Shown here: positions 46,372-51,514 of the stretch, in pieces
Layout of the letters: the number at the start of each line of letters is the position of its first letter
How positions within the stretch are numbered: position 1 is the first letter of the stretch
Origin: an uncultured Gammaproteobacteria bacterium
GTDB taxonomy: Bacteria > Patescibacteriota > Microgenomatia > UBA1406 > GWC2-37-13
DNA: 51,514 nt
Assembly: GCA_964590815.1 (NCBI GenBank)
Contig: CAZPYR010000001.1
Location: 1-51,514, forward strand
Reading direction: 5' to 3'
The notes under the pieces: generated by a model
Told to the model about the DNA's origin: nothing
The model's database searches: none
What the model saw: only the letters and a program-made list of their open reading frames with translations
Translations under genes and position numbers: made by a program

Positions 46372-47174
46372 ATAGTAAGTGAATGTTTAATAATAGTCGC
46401 AAAAATACGGAGTTTAGACGGTTTTAATTTTTTCTCAAACACAATGAGAGGGTTCTTATAAATTTCTTTTGCTGTCCAATAATACATTTGTGCTGCTGTC
46501 TGAATAGGAATTAAATATTTTTTAGGAATATATTTATATCCTTTTTCAGCTTCTTTTTGAATACTGAAATATCTTTCGATTTCATAACGTATAAGTAAAA
46601 TGAATTTTTCATTTTCTTGTTCATTTGTCGGTTGAATAGTTTGGAGTTTAAATTTTCGCAAATCCTCTTGTGGTATATACGTTCTCCCTAGATCAATATC
46701 TTCCTTAATATCTCGTATAAAATTAATAAGTTGCATAGCCTTACCTTGCAGTCCAGCATATTCAAATGATTCTTTTGGTAAGTCCATGATTGCAGCCATC
46801 ATATACCCTATGACATTTGCGGAGCCATATATATATTCTTCTAGCTCTTTATATGATTCGTAGGTAGTTTTATGTATATCAAGTTCCATAGAATGGAGGA
46901 AAGATATGTACCAATCTTTCTGAAAATTATTATCTTTTGCAAGCTTTAGGAACGCATCAATAATTTCGTTATTGGTCATGCCATTGACTGTTTGTTCTTT
47001 ATACTGAAAAAATGAGTGCATATCTACAGGCACCGTATCCACAAAATCATCTATTGTCCGTACATATGCATAGAGGTTAGTAACTTTATCTCGTATATCA
47101 GGAGGGAAAAAAATACTCGAAAAATAATATGTTTTACTTCCTTTTTTGAAAATAGTAGTTGCTTTATTGGTCAT
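46368..47174 (-). CDS. crtB: Phytoene/dehydrosqualene synthase (CrtB/CrtM family)
   Basis: YAYVRTIDDFVD and QLINFIRDIKEDIDLGRTYIP. I cannot decide between C40 and C30 specificity by eye. Confidence 0.85.
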   Translation of the reverse strand: MTNKATTIFKKGSKTYYFSSIFFPPDIRDKVTNLYAYVRTIDDFVDTVPVDMHSFFQYKEQTVNGMTNNEIIDAFLKLAKDNNFQKDWYISFLHSMELDIHKTTYESYKELEEYIYGSANVIGYMMAAIMDLPKESFEYAGLQGKAMQLINFIRDIKEDIDLGRTYIPQEDLRKFKLQTIQPTNEQENEKFILLIRYEIERYFSIQKEAEKGYKYIPKKYLIPIQTAAQMYYWTAKEIYKNPLIVFEKKLKPSKLRIFATIIKHSLTI

Positions 47175-48648
47175 TGCAAATGCGTTGAACTACTAACTCG
47201 GCGGATATCAAACACATAGGCATACCTATCCCGGGGTTTGTATATTGTCCCACATAATACATATTCTTTACCTTGCTACTTTTTTGTTTGGGTCGTAACA
47301 TCATGCTTTGTGTAACGCTTTGTGATAGGCCAATAGCCGTGCCTTTATAAGCATTAAACGTATCCTCAAAATCTGATACGGTAAAAATATGTTGTAATAC
47401 AATGTTTTTTTCAATAGATTCTTTTGTATATCGTTCTAATTTCCGTATTAAGTGGCTGGCATATTGTTCTTTTTCCTCTTTAGATATATTTATTCCTGCC
47501 GGTATAGCAGCGGTAATAAACAAATTTTCATGACCTTTAGGCGCAACTTGGGGATCGGTTTTTGAAGAACATGAGAAATAAATAAGTGGATCGTAAGGTA
47601 AGGATCTACCTTGAGCAATAGTCTCAAAATGACCACTCCAATCCAGAGGAAAATAATAATTATGATGAAGTAGAGACTTGAAAGTTCCTTTTGTTCCTAA
47701 ATATACAATAAAAGCCGAGGGCGCAATATTTTTTTTAGCCCAGTACGATTCGGGGTAGGTCTGCCATTCCTTTTCAAGAAGTTTAGTCTCAGTATATGGA
47801 TAATCGGCGTTAGAGATTACTAGATCGCATGTGAATTTTTGATTACCCACCCACACCTGTTTAGCATTATTCTTTGACACTTCTACTTTACTTACATCCA
47901 TGTTTGTTAGGATTTGTACGTTATGTTCTTTACATAGCGTTACTAGTGCTTGTATAAAGCTGTTGATCCCGCCAATAGGATACTCTACGCCAATAGCTAA
48001 ATCCAAATGAGTAAAGAGAGACATAAATCCTCGGGACTCTTTTGGATTCAGTCCAATAAATAATCCCTGATGCAGCAGTATCTGTTGTAATTTGTGATTG
48101 GTTACATATTGTTTTGTAAGCGATTCAAGGCTCTGAAATACTTTAAGAGTGCTTAGCTTTTTGCGTATTTCTGGATTTAAAAATGTTTTAAATGAATCTA
48201 GATCTTGATATAGTACGCAATCTCTCACCGTTTCATACTCATGTTTGCTTAATAGTAAATATTCTAGTATCTTTTTTGAAATACCAGGCTCCAGCGATTC
48301 GAAGGTAGCAAGATTTTTTTTTAAATCCCGCATGATGGTAATTATTGTTTCATCGGCAAAGAAAATTCGATATTGTGGATCTAATTTTTTGAGTGTGTAA
48401 TAATCTGCGGGAGATTTATTAAACAGAGAAAAAAAAGCTTTAAAAACCTCTGGCATGTGATACCAGGATGGTCCCATGTCAAATCTGAATCCATTCTGTT
48501 CATAGATCATAGCTCTACCTCCTACACAGTGATTTTTTTCAAGTATAGTAACGTTATAACCTTTTTTACCAAGTAGAGCAGCCGCAGCCAAACCTCCAAT
48601 ACCAGCGCCAATGATAATAATATTTTTTTGATTAGTCATAATCTTCAA
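47164..48648 (-). CDS. crtI: Phytoene desaturase (CrtI family)
   Basis: IIIIGAGIGGLAAAALL, FRFDMGPSWYHMPEVF and the C-terminal YYVGQYTNPGIGMPMC. Confidence 0.85.
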   Translation of the reverse strand: MKIMTNQKNIIIIGAGIGGLAAAALLGKKGYNVTILEKNHCVGGRAMIYEQNGFRFDMGPSWYHMPEVFKAFFSLFNKSPADYYTLKKLDPQYRIFFADETIITIMRDLKKNLATFESLEPGISKKILEYLLLSKHEYETVRDCVLYQDLDSFKTFLNPEIRKKLSTLKVFQSLESLTKQYVTNHKLQQILLHQGLFIGLNPKESRGFMSLFTHLDLAIGVEYPIGGINSFIQALVTLCKEHNVQILTNMDVSKVEVSKNNAKQVWVGNQKFTCDLVISNADYPYTETKLLEKEWQTYPESYWAKKNIAPSAFIVYLGTKGTFKSLLHHNYYFPLDWSGHFETIAQGRSLPYDPLIYFSCSSKTDPQVAPKGHENLFITAAIPAGINISKEEKEQYASHLIRKLERYTKESIEKNIVLQHIFTVSDFEDTFNAYKGTAIGLSQSVTQSMMLRPKQKSSKVKNMYYVGQYTNPGIGMPMCLISAELVVQRICNDQ

Positions 48649-50146
48649 GTATTCTCTCCGTAACTAGTTGTCCACTGGTTACACATGTAGGTAGGCCAGG
48701 ACCTGGGATAGTTGAACCACCGACATGATATAGATTGGTAAACTCCCGAGCTTTATTGGGCATTCTAAAATTATTAATCTGAAATATATCAAGGGAAAAA
48801 CCGAGAATTATATTTTCCCATAAGTTAAACTCTTTTCCCCAACGAGCTGGGCTATATATCTCTTCAACCTCAATAAGATCTCGAATTGGGATATTGTCTC
48901 TTTGTTCTATACAGTCATAAATAAGATTTTTAAAAGTCGATTCATATTCTATCCAGTTAAAATTTGGGTCATATCCACATACGGGGACAAGAATAAAAGC
49001 AGTCGCTTTACCTTCAGGCGCCATGTTTTGATCTGTAATCGAGGGTTGCATAATATAGTAGCACAAATTTTTTTTATTGAATTTAGTTGCAGAATTTGGC
49101 TCTAAAATGAGATTATAAAAATCATACCATTGTTCCGCTACCATAAAGGTATGATGGTTGATATTTGGTATTGCTTTGCGAAGACCTAAATTGATAGTGA
49201 AGTAACTGTTTGTGTGATTCATTTTTCTTAAGTGTGAATCTGTATAGATTGTATTCTTCTCAGCTGGCATGATATGTGTGTAAAAAAATGCAGCGTCAAT
49301 ATTATTGACTATAATGTCACAATTTTTGACGCCATTGGTTGTTATTACTCCCGTAATCTTTTTATTTGTATACACTAACTCTTTTACTTCGGTATTAAAT
49401 TCAAAGGTCACACCAAGCTCAAGAGCAAGTTTATAAAAACCTTGTACTAAATTGTAGGTGCCTCCATGTATGGCATACATACCATCTGTGATATTGGCCC
49501 AAGGAAGGAAAATATATGTTCCTAATGCGGTAGTTGGTCGCATTCCCATAAAAGTAGCCTGGTAGGAAAAAACAGCGCGGAGTTCGGGAGCGGTGAAACA
49601 CTCGTTTACAATTTGTTCCCAAGTTTTATGGATATAAAGTTTTTTTAGATGAGCAAAAACATTTCGATGTAATAGAAAATCAAAACCAAAAAATTTATGA
49701 TAATTCCGTTTGGCATACCCAGGCCCTTCATATAAAAGTGAATGAATATCTTTACCCATATTCATAAAACGATCGAATCCGTTTAGGTCTTGAGGAAAGG
49801 TTTTTTCAATCTCATCGCGTACATCTGTAAGCCCAGAGTATAAAGTGAATTTTTTATCATTGCTAAAACAGAATGTGGTATTGGTTTGCATTTTTTTCCA
49901 TTCAAAATAGTCTTTTCTATTTTTGCCAACAGAATGAAAAAAATCTTCATATACTTGAGATAAGGTAATAAAACTAGCACCTCCATCAAAAGTAAAACCG
50001 TCTTTTTTTATTTGAATTATTTTACCGCCGGGTTTTTCCTGTTTTTCTAAAACTTTGACGGAAAATCCTCGATATGCAAGCTGAATTGCAGCCGAAAGGC
50101 CACCGATACCTGCCCCTAAAATGATAATGTTTTTATCTGTTTTCAT
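48632..50146 (-). CDS. Second CrtI-family carotenoid desaturase/oxidase paralog (CrtD/CrtN/CrtP-like)
   Basis: IIILGAGIGGLSAAIQL, FTFDGGASFITL and the C-terminal YHVGGSTIPGPGLPTC. Confidence 0.8.
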   Translation of the reverse strand: MKTDKNIIILGAGIGGLSAAIQLAYRGFSVKVLEKQEKPGGKIIQIKKDGFTFDGGASFITLSQVYEDFFHSVGKNRKDYFEWKKMQTNTTFCFSNDKKFTLYSGLTDVRDEIEKTFPQDLNGFDRFMNMGKDIHSLLYEGPGYAKRNYHKFFGFDFLLHRNVFAHLKKLYIHKTWEQIVNECFTAPELRAVFSYQATFMGMRPTTALGTYIFLPWANITDGMYAIHGGTYNLVQGFYKLALELGVTFEFNTEVKELVYTNKKITGVITTNGVKNCDIIVNNIDAAFFYTHIMPAEKNTIYTDSHLRKMNHTNSYFTINLGLRKAIPNINHHTFMVAEQWYDFYNLILEPNSATKFNKKNLCYYIMQPSITDQNMAPEGKATAFILVPVCGYDPNFNWIEYESTFKNLIYDCIEQRDNIPIRDLIEVEEIYSPARWGKEFNLWENIILGFSLDIFQINNFRMPNKAREFTNLYHVGGSTIPGPGLPTCVTSGQLVTERILEDYD

Positions 50147-50724
50147 AATGATAAAGAACTTTTTTGATAGTTAGTTGCTACAGCTCGCAAAATAAAAGAG
50201 CTAATCATATTGATTATTTCGTTTCTTTTTTTGCCTACAGGTATATCTGGATAATATTCTAAAATAAAACCATTTATAGCGTGGGTGATCACTTTTGCAT
50301 CATGGTCAATGTTTGGGATTTTAAATAGTTTTTGTTTGAGACCTACTTCTAATACTTCTTTTATATGCAAATACCCTTTTTCAGGTATATAACCGCCTGC
50401 ATTCTTTTCAAAGGTAGGGCGATGTGTCATGAAATACTTCAATACAAAAATAACATCTTGTGCATGCTCAAACTGGAAATCAATACGTTGCAAAAGTAAC
50501 TTACGTGGATCCGAAACTGATGGTAATTTAGAACGTTCAATACCGAGTTGAGTATTTGTTGTATCAAAAGCTACCTTTAATAATTCATTTTTATTCTTGA
50601 AGTAGTAATATAGTACAGAAATACCTATACCACAAGCTTCTGCCAGCTGTCTCATAGAGAAGCTAATGATATTCTGAGCGTACAATTCTTTAGATTTCAA
50701 AAGTATGAGTTCCTTTGTATTCAT
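50143..50724 (-). CDS. TetR-family transcriptional regulator, first gene of the carotenoid operon
   Basis: N-terminal HTH FSMRQLAEACGIGISVLYYYFKNKNEL. Its stop overlaps the start of the next gene by 4 nt. Confidence 0.85.
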   Translation of the reverse strand: MNTKELILLKSKELYAQNIISFSMRQLAEACGIGISVLYYYFKNKNELLKVAFDTTNTQLGIERSKLPSVSDPRKLLLQRIDFQFEHAQDVIFVLKYFMTHRPTFEKNAGGYIPEKGYLHIKEVLEVGLKQKLFKIPNIDHDAKVITHAINGFILEYYPDIPVGKKRNEIINMISSFILRAVATNYQKSSLSL

Positions 50725-50726
50725 GA

Positions 50727-50744
50727 ATAGAACGTTCGATCTAT
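50727..50744. promoter_or_regulatory. Imperfect 18-bp palindrome, candidate TetR operator
   Basis: ATAGAACGTTCGATCTAT has 7 of 9 self-complementary pairs and contains the perfect 8-bp palindrome GAACGTTC (50730..50737). It begins 3 nt upstream of the tetR ATG, in the 79-bp region shared with the photolyase gene. Confidence 0.4.
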
Positions 50745-50803
50745 AGAGTATTTATTAATATAAATCTGTTATGATAAATTGTAATCAATCTATATTATGA
50801 CAT

Positions 50804-51514
50804 ATGAATTTGCAGCGTGTCTATAAAATAAATGGAAAATCGGAAGTAGCTGATAAAGCAGTAGCCTATTGGATGAGCAGAGATCAAAGAGTCGCTCATA
50901 ACTGGGCCTTGATATACGCTGCAGAAAAAGCTCAACAGTACAACATGCCTTTATATGTTTTTTTTGCATTAACTCCTTCATTTTTAGGAGCTACATGGAG
51001 ACAGTATGATTTCATGATACGTGGATTACAAGAGGTGGAAGAGCAACTACGTGCTTTAGGGATCGGTTTTGAAATAGTTTTACAAAATCCGGTCGAAGGG
51101 ATACCCGCTTTAGTAAAAAAATATGACATAGGGAGTTTAGTATGTGATTTTTCTCCTTTACGAATTGGGAGAGAGTGGAGGAAAGTGATCGGGAAAAAGA
51201 TACCGGTTGCTTTGTACGAAGTAGATGCCCATAATATTGTGCCTTGTCGTGTAGTAACTCAAAAAAAAGAGTATGCTGCTCGGACAATCCGGCCGAAAAT
51301 TCACGCTCTTCTGGATATTTTTATGGATTCTTTTCCTGATATGACAGTTTATGCAGGTAAAATAGTCTCCAAAATAACGGATTGGGAATATGTCTATCAA
51401 AAATTGCCTTGTGATAGAAGTGTGAAGCCCGTGGATTGGCTATCTCCTGGCTCTGAGGCAGCCCATAAGTTGTTAAATGACTTCATTTTACATCGATTAG
51501 AAACGTATAATGAT
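50804..51514 (+). CDS. phr: Class II CPD photolyase (N-terminal 237 codons; runs off the window end)
   Basis: Absent from the ORF track because it is open at the window edge. Translation reads MNLQRVYKINGKSEVADKAVAYWMSRDQRVAHNWALIYAAEKA...RQYDFMIRGLQEVEEQL...VCDFSPLRIGREWRKVI...YEVDAHNIVPC...KEYAARTIRPKI. This closely follows the class II photolyase N-terminal domain. Confidence 0.85.
   Translation, partial: MNLQRVYKINGKSEVADKAVAYWMSRDQRVAHNWALIYAAEKAQQYNMPLYVFFALTPSFLGATWRQYDFMIRGLQEVEEQLRALGIGFEIVLQNPVEGIPALVKKYDIGSLVCDFSPLRIGREWRKVIGKKIPVALYEVDAHNIVPCRVVTQKKEYAARTIRPKIHALLDIFMDSFPDMTVYAGKIVSKITDWEYVYQKLPCDRSVKPVDWLSPGSEAAHKLLNDFILHRLETYND

Noticed and set aside
1-51514. Alternative genetic code (UGA as a sense codon, as in Gracilibacteria/SR1), CRISPR arrays, rRNA genes, and transposases, integrases or prophage genes.
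   Set aside because: Several full-length conserved genes end at TGA at the expected position (for example at 6572..6574 and 42423..42425), so code 11 fits. I found no regularly spaced short repeats, no rRNA-like sequence, and no ORF with transposase, integrase or phage hallmarks.

Overview
This is an AT-rich, very gene-dense bacterial chromosomal segment. Many same-strand genes overlap by 1-17 nt, and convergent genes share or overlap stop codons. The standard genetic code applies, since TGA clearly terminates full-length genes. I saw no rRNA, CRISPR array, transposase or integrase.

Gene content, in order:
- ZIP metal transporter (partial), thermonuclease, tRNA-Pro(UGG), and a CBS protein.
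- A T-box-controlled glyA followed by a decayed glyS remnant.
- A membrane one-component regulator, a deoxyribosyltransferase-like/RHH fusion, and a triple-PAS histidine kinase.
- DedA, a CaCA exchanger, a P-type Ca-ATPase, RadC, an AlkA-like glycosylase, an MsrQ-like membrane protein and DUF192.
- An fba-gap-pgk-glpX operon, then HIT, CorA, and an N-domain-less ClpB behind a promoter plus a CIRCE-like repeat.
- msrB-msrA, yidD, trmD, a GldA/F/G-like ABC system, NUDIX and gltX.
- A lipid kinase plus Cys-phosphatase pair, an AlkD-like protein, an RsmB/F-like methyltransferase and an alpha/beta hydrolase.
- A Cas4-like nuclease, Maf and an SDR.
- A seven-gene overlapping carotenoid operon: TetR, two CrtI paralogs, CrtB/M, a polyprenyl synthase, a CrtEb/LyeJ-like UbiA prenyltransferase and a GT2. 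It sits divergent from a class II photolyase (partial).

Two large orphan proteins (629 aa and 874 aa) have no domains I can recognise.

Most interesting observations:
1. A tandem glycine-type T-box sits in front of a divergent SHMT gene. The second copy has an ultrashort Stem I. A GlyRS gene remnant lies next to it, and the cassette is bracketed by direct repeats.
2. The carotenoid operon looks like a C45/C50 (elongase-containing) glycosylated carotenoid pathway. It has a TetR gene and a palindromic operator, and faces the photolyase.
3. -10-like hexamers recur 6-8 nt upstream of start codons, and I saw no Shine-Dalgarno sequences at the starts sampled. This suggests widespread leaderless mRNAs.

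The overall look fits a small-genome uncultured lineage (CPR/Patescibacteria-like): divergent housekeeping proteins, an archaeal-type class I aldolase, many orphans and compact intergenic regions. This lineage assignment is only an inference. All family assignments rest on motif recognition by eye, because no searches could be run.
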